From NCBI RefSeq assembly GCF_009914755.1, contig NC_060930.1: DNA of 64,000 bases; one strand, written 5' to 3'. The translations under genes and the position numbers were made by a program. A model generated the notes under the pieces. It was not told where the DNA came from and made no database searches. It was given only the letters and a program-made list of their open reading frames with translations. Of this stretch, positions 1 through 18,006 are shown piece by piece; positions within the stretch are counted from its first letter, which is position 1, and every line of letters starts with the position of its first letter. Origin of the DNA: the human T2T-CHM13v2.0 reference genome, Homo sapiens.

Positions 1-150
1 TCGAAGATGGCTGCTTGATAAAGAAAGCAAATCAGAACAAAACAGAAAGCCCTAAACAGGAATCGCTAGAAAGGAACTCTTTGTAACTGATAATAGCAGC
101 CTGCTGTAAAGGCATCCCCAAAGGTAAAATGCTCATTTCCTCCACAAAAG

Positions 151-203
151 AGTGTGTGTGTGTGTGTCTCTGTGTGTGTCTGTGTGTCAGAGAGACAGAG
201 ACA
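151..203. repeat. (GT)n/(GA)n compound microsatellite
   Basis: GTGTGTGTGTGTGTGTCTCTGTGTGTGTCTGTGTGTCAGAGAGACAGAGACA. Confidence 0.85.
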
Positions 204-414
204 GAATGAGGTGGAAGAGGCCAAGACTAGAGAGAATAAGTGAATATTTCCTTTCTCTCTCCAGACCTCATGTGGCCAAAAGCTAAACAGGTCCATAATC
301 AGCACACTATTGACCTATCGTTGTGTGTATCCTTAAGCTAGTATCTCAAGGGTCTAATTCCCTAAATCACAGTCACTTGGGAGCAGGTGGGTCTTGTTAA
401 AAATGCCCATTCTT

Positions 415-1603
<1,189 letters not shown>

Positions 1604-1988
1604 TTAAAGCTTGAAGGTCATTACCACTTCTTTTCTTTTCTTTCTTTCTTTCTTTCTTTTTTTTGAAACAAGCTTTTACTCTGTCGCCCAGGCTGGAGTG
1701 CAACGGCATGATCTCCGCTCACTGCAGCCTCCACCTCCTGGACTCAAGTAGCTGGAGCCACAGGTGCGTGCCACCATGTCCGGCTAATTTTTTGGTTTTT
1801 GGTAGAGACAAGGTCTCACTTTGTTATCCAGGCTTGTTTTGAACTCCTGGGCTCAAGCGATCCTCCTGCCTCAGCTTCCCAAAGTGCTGGGATTACAGGC
1901 ATAAACCACTGAGCCCAGCAGAAGATTAAGTTAGTTGTTTATTAATGGTTTGCTCAATAGTTCAACTTGATTACAAGTCAGCAAATTA

Positions 1989-2354
<366 letters not shown>

Positions 2355-2805
2355 CTATCAATTGGTGGGAAAAAAAACCCAACTGGATGGTTGAGAATAT
2401 AAATCCATAAATTTCTGAGATTGGTGGCAATATGTAGCAAAATTCTTCTAAATGCTTTGACCCAGATTTTCCATTCCCAGTCATGAATCCTAAGGAAATA
2501 ATGAATGAGCCAAGATACAAGAAAGTTTACTTTGCTATTGTTCATAGTTTTGAAAAATTGGAAACCATCTAAATGCTTAACAAAAGGAGATCAGTTAAAT
2601 TAGTTACAAGAGTGCCATATAATAAATGCAGATCTGAATTTATTGACACGGGCACATGTTTAAACTACATAATTCTTCAAGAGACAAAGAAGATTACAAA
2701 ACTATGTCATATGTTTATTTTTGTAAAAAGAAATTTAAAACAGGCCGAGCATGGTGGCTCACGTCTGTAATCCCAGCACTTTGGGAGGCCGAAGCAGGCA
2801 GATCA

Positions 2806-3105
<300 letters not shown>

Positions 3106-3944
3106 TTAGGAGGCTGAGGCAGAAGAATTGCATGGGCAACAGAGAGACTCCGTCTAGAAAAAAAAAAATTAAAAACAAAATTTTGAAGAATAATATACAA
3201 AATGTTAACTATACCTACCTCTGTGTGGTGAGGTCACATTTTTCTTCTTTGTAATTTGTTTAAATTGTTTTAAAATTATATACATATATTATTATTTTAG
3301 AGACAGGGTCTCATTCCGTCACCCAGGCCGGAGTGCAGTGGCATGATCATGGCTCAGTGTAACCTCAAACACTTGGGCTCAGGAGATCCTCCCATCTCAA
3401 CCCCATGAGTAGCTAGGACTACAGGGGCAGACCACCATGCCTAGCTACATTTTTTGTTTGTTTGTTTGTTTTTAAGTAGAGATACGGTCTCACTGTTTCC
3501 CAGGCTTATTTTTATAATCAGAAAAAGCATAGGGCTGTAACCATTTTGAATAAAAGGAGCAGATCACTGAATTCCATGTTTAAAAACTGGGTTAAAGTCC
3601 CAGATCTACTGCTTTGAACTTCTCTTTTCTTTTCTCTGAAATGGAGTATTATCATCTCAGAGGTACTCTCCATCTACCTCTGAGAGTAGTTGTGAGATAA
3701 AGTCTGGAAATATTTTGCCAACTATAAAGTGTTTTATAAAGATGCTATATTACTAAGTTTTGATTTTCACATCAGATACCCAAACTCATTCAATACCTAA
3801 ATCTGCAAATATATAATTAAACATGATGCTAGACCTTTTTTAAAAAAAAAAATTTTAAAAATATATATTTTAAAAATATATTTTCCCTTTTTATTATGGA
3901 AATTTTTTATTTTATTTATTTATTTATTTTGAGACAGAGTTTAG

Positions 3945-4301
<357 letters not shown>

Positions 4302-4910
4302 TGATGCAGGGGGATCACTTGAGCCTGGGAGTTCAAAGTTTCAGTGAGCTATGATCATACTATTGCACTCCAGCCTGAGCACAGAGAGAAACTCTATTTA
4401 AAAAAAAAAAAAAAAGTAGGCTGGGTGCAATGGCTCATGCCTGTAATCCCAGCACTTTAAGAGGCCAAGACAGGTGGATTGCTTGAGGCCAGAAGTTCAA
4501 GACCGGCTTGGGCAACATGGTGAAACCTCATCTGTACAAAAAAGAAAAAGGAAAATATGCTAACTCAATAGAACTTTACAGAAAAAAAAAAAAATTAGCT
4601 GGGTGTGGTGGTGTGCAGCTGTAGTTCCAGCCACTCAGGAGGCTGAGGTGGGAGGATCACTTGAACCTGGGAGGTTGATGCTGCAGCAAGCTGTGATCAC
4701 ACCACTGCTCCACAGCCCAGGTGAACAGAACAAGGCCGTCTCAAAGAAACAAACAAAAAAGTGAATAGAATAGTATATGCACTCCCATGTATGCGTCACC
4801 CAGCTTCAATATTATCAACTGACAGCCAACCTTGTTTTGTCTACACCTCCCACTCACTCCCAGCCTCTCCCATATTAACATAGTGCCAGACTTTTAGTTG
4901 AGCTCTGTAA

Positions 4911-5514
<604 letters not shown>

Positions 5515-5583
5515 AAGCTCTATAACTTTCATGTACACAAAAGTACATTCCAGTTCTCAACTCCTCATCTAAAAAGACAGTTT

Positions 5584-6231
5584 GGAGACCAGGACACGGT
5601 GACTGCTTTCCTGCCGGGTGGCATAGGGGAGCTTAACAAGAACTACTATCCCAATTTCCTGATGGTGGAGAAGCATACAACCATCAGTGAGATCAAAGAC
5701 ACTTTCCAGCAGTTTCTGAACGGGACAACATTGGCATCATCCTCATCAACCTGTACATTACAGAGATGGTGTGGCACGCCTTGGATACACACCAGTGCCC
5801 CATTCCAGTCATCCTGGAGATCCCCTCCGAGGAGCACCCGTATGACACTGTGCCAAGGAATCCATCCTGGGCAGAGCCAGGGACATGTTCTCTGCCGAAG
5901 ACCTGCGCTAGGGGATTCCTCACAGCCCAAAGCCCCTCCCTCATTTCCAGGCCTCTCCCCAGGCTTGCCATCAGCCTTCTTTAAGTTCTGAGCCTCTGAC
6001 TTCCAATTCCCACCTCTTCCCACTTCATTAAGAGGCTAGGTGAGGCGCTCCTAGGGTGCTTGGGCTCTGCTGTTAAAGTCAAGGCTAGTTAAGGAACAGG
6101 AAGCCAGACCATCTTCTACCTCCACTACCTCTTCCTTGTGCTATTGGTTACACAGTGTCATTGTTGATGTAAAATTAAAGTATAATATTAATAATATTCT
6201 TGCTTCTCTCCAAAAAAAAGAAACACAAAAA
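5584..6231 (+). pseudogene. ATP6V1FP1: Processed pseudogene of ATP6V1F (V-ATPase subunit F), 5'-truncated, frameshifted
   Basis: Translates as ...[37 protein letters not shown], then in other frames ...EMV.HALD.HQ..IP..LEIPS.EHPYD...GMFSAEDLR-like ending TAG (5909-5911). Intronless; frameshifts near 5720 and 5850; 3'UTR with ATTAAA 6174-6179 and A-rich tail from 6212. Pseudogene number is from memory. Confidence 0.92.
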
Positions 6232-7093
6232 GTTGATGTAGTGCTGTTTCTACAGATTATGTATGCAGCTCAGCACTGGGGCAACAAAAGGGCCCTTGAA
6301 GTCCGACAGACTTGAGTTCAAATCCTACCCTGTCACCTACCTGTCATGTGACATCAGATAAATTAATTACCCCTTTTAAGTCTTGTTTCCTAATACCTGC
6401 CTTCTATAGTTAACATGAGACTTAGGCCGGGCGCGGTGGCTCACGCCTGTAATCCTAGCACTTTGGGAGGCTGAGGTAGGTGGATCATTTGAGGTCAGGA
6501 GTTTGAGACCAGCCTGGCCAACATGGTGAAACCCCGTCTTTACTAAAAATACAAAAATTAGGCAGGCATGGTGGCAGGCGCCTGTAATCCCAGCTACTCA
6601 GGAGGCTGAGCAGGAGAATCGTTTGAACCCAGGAGGTGGAGGTGAGCCAAGATCACGCCATTGCACTCCAGCCGGGGTGACAGAGTAAGACTCCATCTCG
6701 GAAAGAAAAAAAAAATGAGACTTAAATAAGAGAATGTATGTAAAGCATGATGTCTAACACATAGTGGCAGCGGCGGGGGCAACAACAACTCACCAGATGT
6801 TCCATTTGTTTATAGAAGACCTTTAGGAATAGATATTGATTTCCCTTTGACAGATGAAGAAACTGACAACATTAATGAGTATTGCTAACAGTGGAGAGAC
6901 AAAGAACTGCTCATTTTCTACTGGGAAAGTGAAAATTGGGACAACCACTAAGCACAGCCACAATTTGGCAGTATCTAGGAAAGTTGAAGAGGCGTTTTTC
7001 CCTACATCCCAGCAATTCTGTTTCTAGATATATGCTCTAGAATACTCTCACACGTGTACCCAAGAAGACATATAAGAATGTATATTGCAGCTA

Positions 7094-7336
<243 letters not shown>

Positions 7337-7927
7337 CTACACTCCAGCCTGGGTGACAGGACAAGACCCTGTCTCAAAAACAATTTTATTTTAAATTAAA
7401 AACATGTACACTGCAACAATGCTTATGAGAGCAAACAATAGGAAGCAGTCTAAATGTCCAATAGTATAGAAAATGTGATATAATCAAGGAAGATAAATTG
7501 TGATATAGTCATGAATGAAACACCTACACCAATTAAATTGGCTGAAGTAGCTACATGTGGCAACATGAGTAAATACCATAAAGTTGAGTGAAAAGAGTGG
7601 TGGCAAAATGATCCCTCAATATGATACCATTTTTTTTTTTGAGATGGAGTCTCGCTGTGTCACCAGGCTGGAATGCAGTGGCGATACCATTGTTTTTTAA
7701 TAGCTTTATGGATGTGTAACTGATATACAAAAACCTACACATATTCAATATGTACACTCTGATGAGTTTGGACATATGCACACACCCATGACACTGCTTT
7801 GTCTCTGTCTCAAAAAAAAGATAAGTAATAGATTCATAATAAATCATACATTCAGGATAATCAATATTCAGGATAATGGTTATCTCAGGAAAGAAAAGGA
7901 AGAAACATAATAAAAGAGGGATACTAG

Positions 7928-8296
<369 letters not shown>

Positions 8297-9430
8297 TAAA
8301 GCACATATGGCTTAATGTTAGGATTTATGTGTAAAGACTCAGATTTTGTTATATTATTCTTCATACATATGTGTATGTATATGTATACATATGTATATAA
8401 GCAGAAAACGCTTACTATGTGACAGGCACTGTTAGATTCTTTACGTGTATTAACTAATGTAATCATTTCAATAACCCTACGACCCTACAGTTACTATGAT
8501 TATCTCTGTTTTACAGATGAGAAAACTGAAGTACAGAGATTAGAAACTTGCTCAATGTCACAAATCTAGTAAGTGGTGATCCTGGGATTTGAAGATGGTC
8601 TGGCTTCAGAGTCTGATCTTTTCTTTTTATTATTTTTTATTATTATTTTTTAATTTTTCTCTTTTTGAGCCGGGTGCAGTGGCTCACGCCTGTAATGCCA
8701 GCACTTTGGGAGGCTGAGGCAGGTGGATCACTGAGCTCAAGAGTTTGAGACCAACCTGGGCAACATGGTGAGACTCTGTTTTTACGATAATAATAATAAT
8801 AATTTTTCTTTTTTATTTTAAAAAATCTTTTACTTATTAACTTTATTTCTTTTTCTCCCTGGTAACTCCCAGAACAAGAGTCTCATCTCTTAACAACCAT
8901 ATCCTACTACCTCTTCAAATATTTCAAAATTTTAAGAATATAAGAAGAGGGCACTACTGAGCAGGGAGGTAAAATTGCCAACATCACACAGGCCGTATGC
9001 CGAAAAGGCGGTTCAACAATCTTTCCTAACCTTCTTTTGCTTCTGAGAGTCATACATACCCGTGACTTGTGATGAGAAGGATAAATCAAACAGCAAACTG
9101 AGAAGTCTCTTCTCAAGTCTTTAAGAAATTCTCTGGAAGTCAATGCAAAGGAGAATAATTACTTCCATGAATGAAGAGTTTTTCATTTAGAGTCTGAGCT
9201 AATAATCCTGAGGGTTATCATTGTTGTTAAATTATTATCTACATTTGGGCAGGACCATTTGCATGGACAAATCCCCAGTGAGTCATAACCCACACATGAA
9301 ATAAAAATTAACTCTGCTCTTTCCATATTATAAAAGAGCAAAATTAAGACTAGAAATCAAATGTAATATCTGCCTCTGGAAGATCTATTGATGGATTCAG
9401 CCTGTGTCTTTGGGGCACGTCAAAGACCAC

Positions 9431-10399
9431 TGAAGGGGTGGGTTGCCCCTCCACACCTGTGGGTGTTTCTCGTTAAGTGGGACGAGAGACTTGGAAAAGA
9501 AAAAGACACAGAGACAAAGTATAGAGAAAGAAATAAGGGGACCCAGGGAACCAGCGTTCAGCATATGGAGGATCCCGCCAGCCTCTGAGTTCCCTTAGTA
9601 TTTATTCATCATTCGTGGGTGTTTCTCCGAGAGGGGGATGTGTCAGGGTCACAAGACAATAGTGGGGAGAGGGTCAGCAGACAAACACGTGAACAAAGGT
9701 CTTTGCATCATAGACAAGGTAAAGGATTAAGTGCTGTGCTTTTAGATATGCATACACATAAACATCTTAATGCTTTACAAAGCAGTATTGCTGCCTGCAT
9801 GTCCCACCTCCAGCCCTAAGGCGGTTTTTCCTTATCTCAGTAGATGGAATGTACAATCGGGTTTTATACCGAGACATTCCATTGCCCAGGGACGGGCAGG
9901 AGACAGATGCCTTCCTCTTGTCTCAACTGCAAGAGGCATGCCTTCCTCTTATACTAATCCTCCTCAGCACAGACCCTTTACGGGTGTCGGGCTGGGGGAC
10001 GGTCAGGTCTTTCCCTTCCCACGAGGCCATATTTCAGACTATCACACGGGGAGAAACCTTGGACAATACCTGGCTTTCCTAGGCAGAGGTCCCTGCGGCC
10101 TTCCGCAGTTTTTGTGTCCCTGGGTACTTGAGATTAGGGAGTGGTGATGACTCTTAACGAGCATGCTGCCTTCAAGCATTTGTTTAACAAAGCACATCTT
10201 GCACCGCCCTTAATCCATTTAACCCTGAGTTTGACACAGCACATGTTTCCGAGAGCACGGGGTTGAGGGTAAGGTCATAGATTAACAGAATCTCAAGGCA
10301 GAAGAATTTGCCTTAGTACAGAACAAAATGGAGTCTCCTATGTCTACTTCTTTCTATACAGACACAGTAACAATCTGATCTCTCTTGCTTTTCCCCACA
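9431..10399 (-). mobile_element. Solo LTR of HERV-K(HML-2), LTR5_Hs type
   Basis: Minus strand begins TGTGGGGAAAAGCAAGAGAGATCAGATTGTTACTGTG and ends GGGGCAACCCACCCCTTCA. Length 969 bp; TSD ACCAC (9426-9430 / 10400-10404). TATAAAA and AATAAATACTAAGGGAACTCAGAGG present; no PBS or internal sequence. Confidence 0.95.
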
Positions 10400-11624
10400 A
10401 CCACTGTTGGTGGCTGGGCCTGAGGGAGGGGCTGGTGGCCTCCTTTTACCGTCCTCCATGGCTCTGCCTCTGTGTTTCACATCCAGACCCAGCATGGCTC
10501 CAAGGTTTGGGGGAAACTGTCGACTTGGACAGGGTAGTGGCAAGTCTCATGACAAAGAGAACTTAGTCTAGCAAATAAAAAGCTTTTGGAGAAAAGTCAA
10601 CTGAACATTTTTAAAGGAGGTTTTGTATCTATTATATCATTTGAAGTTTATGCTATTTGATTTGTAGGGGCCAGGCACGGTGGTTCACGCCTATAATCCC
10701 AGCACTTTGGGAGGCCGAGGCAGGTGGATGGCTTGAGCCCAGGAGTTCGAGACCAGCCTCTGCAGCATGGCAAAACCCTGTCACTACCAAAAATACAAAA
10801 ATTAGCAGGGTGTGGTGGCGCCCGTCTCCGTAGTCCCAGCTACTCAGGAGGCTGAGATGGGAGGATTGCTGGAGCCGGGGAGGTTGAGGCTGCAGTGAGC
10901 CAAGATCGTTCTACTGCACTTCAGCCTGGGAGACAGAGTGAGACTGTCTCAAAAAAAAAGTAAAGTAAATTTAATTTTTTTTTTCAGACGGAGTTTCACT
11001 CTCTCCCAGGCTGGAGTGCAGTGTCGTGATCTTAGCTGATGGCAGCCTCCACCTCCTGGGTTCAAGCGATTCTCCTGCCACAGCCACCCGAGTAGCTAGG
11101 ATTACAGGCATCCACTGCCATGCTCGGCTAATTTTTGTATTTTTGGTTGAGACGGGTTTCACCACATTGGCCAAGCTGGTCTCGAACTCCTGACCTCAGG
11201 TGATTCACCCACTTTGGCCTCCCAAAGTGCTGGGATTACAAATGTGAGCCACTGCCCAGCCCAACTTTTTTTTTTTTTTTTTAAGATGGAGTCTCCGTCT
11301 GTCGCCCAGGCTGGAGTGCCGTGGTGCAATCTCGGCTCACTGCAACCTCCGCCTCCCCGGTTCAATGATTCTCCTGTCTAAGCCTCCTGAGTAGCTGGGA
11401 CTACAGGCGCCCGCCACTACTCCCAGCTAACTTTTTTGTATTTTTAGTAGAGACGGGGTTTCACCATGTTGGCCAGGCTTGTCTCGAACTCCTGACCTTG
11501 TAATTTGCCCACCTCGGCTTCCCAAAGTGCTGGGATTACAGGTGTGAGCCACTGCGCCTGGCCTCTATTTGTTTTTTAAATAATGTATAGGAAATAGGAA
11601 TAACTGCAACAACAATATCCAGTA

Positions 11625-11915
11625 TTAGATGGTAATGGAAGATGCCCATCACAAAAGACCACATGTTGTAGATTCCATTTATATGAAATGTACAGAATAG
11701 GGAAATTCATGAAGATAGAAAGTAGATTAGTGGTTGCCAGGGGCTAGGGGTAACAAAGTTAATGAAGAATGACTGTTAATGGGCCCAGGGTCTCTTTTTG
11801 GGGTGATGAAAATTGGGTAGTTCTGGAATTAGTTAGTGGTGATGGTTGCATAGTCTTGTGAATATATGAAAAATCACTAAGTTGTACAGTTTTAAAGGAT
11901 GAACTTTATGGAGTA
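11625..11915 (+). mobile_element. Old L1 (L1MB/L1MC-type) 3' UTR fragment
   Basis: GATTCCATTTATATGAAATG..CAGAATAG..AAAT..ATAGAAAGTAGATTAGTGGTTGCCAGGGGCT motif characteristic of L1M 3' ends. Confidence 0.75.
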
Positions 11916-11918
11916 TGA

Positions 11919-12196
<278 letters not shown>

Positions 12197-14174
12197 TGAG
12201 CCACCGCGCCTGGTCGGGATTATGAATTTTATCTCGATATTTTATTTTAATTTTAAAATAATTTTTACTTATTTATTTTTTAGAGACGGGGGTCTCTCTG
12301 TGTTGCCCAGGCTGGTCTTGAACTCCTAGGCTCAAGCAATCCTCCCACCTCGAACTCCCTAAGTGTTGGGATTACAGATATGAGCCACTGTACCTGGCCT
12401 CAATGTTTTTAACTGCAAAAGAAAAAAACCTTAGCGCTTACCACATGCCAGGACTGGCTAAGAACTTTACTTGCCTCAAGCCTCTTATCTCCATAGTTAT
12501 CTCGACAAGCTTGTGTGATACTATCATTTTTTCATTTTACAGATGGTACAGATGGAGACACAGACTCAAAGAGGTGATTGGTCCACAGCAACGTGGTAAG
12601 CAAATAAACACCAACCAAAATTCACATTTCTGACCCTCACTTTCCAAATCAGACCCTTGACTATCATCCTGGTAATTCAAGGTGACATTTCTGAGTGGAG
12701 TTCACCTAGTATTTCCTCTGCTCAACGCCTTTTTTTTTTTGAAACGGAATCTCACTCTGCCATCGAGGTTAGAGTGCAGTGGCGCGATCACAGCTCACTG
12801 TGGGCTGAAACTCCTAGGCTCAAGTGATCTGCCTCCCAAAGTGGAATTACAGGTATGAGCCACTGTGCCCGGCCCTCAACCCCTGTAATAATAGGTCTTT
12901 GCAATGCCTTACCCTTGTACCTTTTATGGCATCTTTTTAAATTTGGGATTCTTCCCCCAACACCACCACCCCCTGCCGCCGGTGGCGTTTTTTTGTTTTT
13001 TTTTTTTTTTTTTAACAGAGACAAGGCCTCACTCTGTGTCCCGGCTGGTCTTGAACTCCTGACTTCAAGGGATCCTGTCACCTTGGCATCCCAAATTGTT
13101 GGCATCCCAGGCATGAGCCATCACATCTCGCCTCCTCAACTTTTGAGAGTTAAACATAGCAGTGATTTTCCCTCCTTAAAGTCCTTAATTCTTCAAATCA
13201 CTTTTCTTCTGACAAAAAGCAAAGTTTCACTTCTTAGCTCCTCCCTAGGGAAGCCCTTTCAGGTCACACAAGGGCAGCTGGTTTTAAGCAAAGCTGTGCT
13301 GTTTATCCCTTGCACTTATTCTGCTCCAAGGACATGATTACCTTGCCACCGAGTTTCCCAAGGGTTTTTCTTATGTATACATGTTTCCTCTGACCTGATG
13401 GAGCATTTGGGTCACAAGTGAGTCAGCGAAAACACTACAAAAGGAAAAGACACATTGCAGCAGCCTCAGTTATGGGTGAATCCTCAGACATTCAGAGTTG
13501 GAGCAAACCTCAGTGATTATTTGCTCTGAGACCTCCTCTCTAACATGGAGAATTCCAGGGTAGAGCAACATTAGGTGACTTTCCCATGGCCATGGAGTCA
13601 GAAGTATAACTGAGCCTAAAATTCTGACGCTATATACAACTGGCTTGGTGGATTTCTCAAATGATCCTCAATCAAAGGAAACTCCTAAAAAGTTCCATTT
13701 AGTGTTACTGATGTTGCTTGTTTACATTTTACTGTGTAAAATCTACTAGTTAAAAAGGACACTTCTGGGTTTCTTGTTTTTGTTTTTGTTTTGTTTTGTT
13801 TTGAGATGGAGTCTCAAAACAAACTCTTGTTTTGAGTCTCTCTCTGCTGCCCAGTCTGGAGTGAAGTGGTGCGATCTTGGCTCACTGCAACCTCCACCTC
13901 CTGGATTCAAGCGATTCCCCTGCCTCAGCCTCCCGAGTAGCTAGGATTATAGGCCCACGCCACCACCACACCCGCCATGTTGGCCAGGCTGGTCTTGAAC
14001 TACTGACCTCAGGTGGTCCACCCACCTTGGCTTCCCAAAGTGCTGGGATTACAGGTGTGAGCCACAGTGCCTGGCCTGACACTTTTGGTATATCCCTATA
14101 ATGGAATATTATACAACCATTAAAATGTATGAAGATAAGTATTTTTAGATAAAATGTTAAGTTTTAAACAATTA

Positions 14175-14291
<117 letters not shown>

Positions 14292-15535
14292 CTATTATTT
14301 AAAAAAAAAAAAAATTGGCTGGGCGCAGAGTTTCACACCTGTAATCCCAGCACTTTGGGAGGCCAAGAAGGGCAGATCATCTGAGGTCAGGAGCTCGAGA
14401 CCAACCTGGCCAACATGGCAAAACCCCCTCTCTACTAAAAATACAAAAATTAGCCAGATGTGGTGGCGGGTACCTGTAGTCCCAGCTCCTTGGGAGGCTG
14501 AGGCAGGAGAATTGCTAACCTGGGAGGCAGAGGTTGCAGTGAGCCAAGATCACGCCACTGCACTCCAGCCTGGGTGACAGAGTGAGACTCTATCTCTAAA
14601 TAAAAAATTTTTTAAAATTAAATTAAAAATTTAAAAAAAGTTTACTAAAAGCAAGGACAGTATCATCCTTTTTTTTTCTTTTTTCTTTTTAAGAGACAGA
14701 GTCTTATTCTGTCTACCAGGCTGGAGTGCAGTGGTGTGAACACAACTTATTGCAGCCACTAATTCCTATGTTCCAGCAATCTTCCCATTTCAGCTTCCTG
14801 AGTAGCTTGGACCACAAGTGCACACCACTGGACCTGGCTAATTTTCCATTTTTATTTTTGTAGACATAGGGTCTCGTTTTGTTGCCCAGGATGTTCTTGA
14901 ACTTCTGGCCTCAAGTGATCCTCCCAACTTGGCCTCCCAAAGTGCTGGGGATTAGAGGTCATTTTTTTTTGAGAAAAAAAAAAGTGTGTATAAACATTTA
15001 TAAATACTAGAATATGCACCAAAATGTTTATAAAGCTTCTGTCTCTGAATGTTGCATTATAGGTATTATTTTTCTTCTTTTTGATAATCTATAAGTCTAT
15101 AAGTTTTAATTTTTTTTAAGAAGACATAAGGTCTCACTATGTTACCCAGGCTGGTCTCAAACATCTGGGATCAGATGATCCTCCCACCTCGGCCTCCCAA
15201 AGTGCTGGGATTATAGGTATTGAGGCACCAGGCCAGGCCGTACATTTTTTGCAATTTTTTTTGTTGTTGTTGTTTTGTTTTTTTTGTTTTTTGTTTTTTT
15301 GCCAAGATCTCCCTCTGTCACCCAGGCTGGAATGCAGTGGCATGATCATGGCTCACTGCAGCCTCAACTACCAGACTCGAGTGATCCTGCCAATTCAGCC
15401 TTCCAAGTAGCTAGGACCAGAGGCCCATGCCACCACATCTAATTTTTTAAATTTTTTGTAGAACTATGTTTTGTCTCACTATGTTGCCCTGGCTTCAGGC
15501 AATTCTTTCACCTCGGTCTACCAAAGTACAATTTA

Positions 15536-15961
<426 letters not shown>

Positions 15962-15996
15962 TTAAAACTAAGAAAAGCAGTTCATCAAAATACTAT

Positions 15997-16582
15997 TGTA
16001 ATCCCCTGATGGGTTCTTCCTGCCCCAGTGTACAGACAAAATCAATCCACTGAGACCATGGCATTGCAGTAGAGAAAGAGTTTTATTGATATGTGGCTGG
16101 CCCACACAAGAGAATTGGAGTTATCACTCAAATCAGTCTCCCAGACAGTTTGCCAGGCAGGGGGTTAAGGAATGGGTATTGCTGACTGGTTGGGGATGAA
16201 CTCATAGGGGCAGAATCACAGGCGTCCTCATGTGCTGAGTGCACCCCTGGATAGGGGGGCCACAGGATCTGGTGAGTCATGAATCACAATTCTGGATAGG
16301 TTCAGTCTGAAAAACATCTCAAAAAAAAAAAAATCTTAGGCTCTACAATAGTGATGTTATCTATAGGAGCAATTGGGAAAGTCACAAATCTTGTGACCTC
16401 TGGCCACATGACCCCTGAGCAGTAAGGGCTCATAGAAACTATGCCTATATTTTAGCAGAGTTCAGGCCCCTCCCATAATCCTATTATTGTGGCCTTTCGT
16501 TAGTCTTATAAAATTAGGTTTTGATTCCTGAGCATGGAGGGAGTTAGTTTCAGGGAGGGACTATTATCATCCACCCTTGCTT
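15997..16582 (-). mobile_element. ERV1 (MER4-group) LTR, LTR8-like, partial
   Basis: TGTAA..CC..ATGGGTTC.TCCTGCCC...CATTGCAGTAGAGAAAGAG...TCACTCAAATCAGTCTCCC and later GTGATGTTATCTATAGGAGCAATT resemble recalled LTR8-family sequence. Subfamily and strand unverified. Confidence 0.55.
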
Positions 16583-16653
16583 TGCTTTCTTTTCTTTCTT
16601 TCTTTCTTTCTTTTGGATTTTGATTTTTTAAAAATTTTTATTTATTATTTTGA

Positions 16654-16992
<339 letters not shown>

Positions 16993-17693
16993 TAAACAAT
17001 TCTAACCCTTTAGATAGGAATTGGCACATACAACAAAATTGTTGAAATATGGCCCTGTTCTGTTAGGTTTTTCCCTCAGAAAAATTGGGAAGTCGACCAA
17101 GTTTGCCTTCTGCTTAGTCTGCCATCAGCTTTCTGTATCTCTTTACAGAGTTTAAGCCTCCAGGGGGTCCTCCCTTCCCTCTCAAGGGCCCAACTCCTAT
17201 GCCATTCCAGCTCTTAACTGAAGCATATATGAACCATTAAGGTGTTATCTGGAGATAAGTCAGCTCTTGTCTTTTCCCCAGGGACGTTTGTATTATAAGA
17301 GGGAACTTATAGGGACTTTCTAGACAGGGATATATGTTGGGAAGAAGAAGGGGAGGTTAGAAAGGAATAAGTTGGATTTGAAATGATTGTCAGTTTCCCT
17401 AAACTTTTTATCGGAAATTCCAAGAAGCTCAGAAGCTTTTAGGTAAACTGAAATTAAAATACCAAACTAAACTACAGCACCTATTATACACTCACATCCT
17501 TATCTCATTTGAACCTCACAACAACCCTGTGAGGTAGTCTGGGTCATTGGCCCTAATGGATAGATCAGGAGAGTCACTATTAAGAAATGCTCATAGGAGG
17601 CCGGGGTGCGATGGCTCACGCCTATAATCCCAGCAGTTTGGGAGGCCGAGGTGGGCAGATCACAAGATCAGGAGATCAAGACCATCCTGGCTA

Positions 17694-18006
<313 letters not shown>

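Noticed and set aside
5599-6023. 130-aa plus-strand ORF and 125-aa minus-strand ORF
   Set aside because: Frameshifted read-through and antisense shadow of the ATP6V1F pseudogene; no ATG start for the homologous frame, no promoter.
9388-10543. ORFs overlapping the HERV-K LTR as viral genes
   Set aside because: Solo LTR with TSD directly on both sides; no PBS or gag/pol/env sequence.
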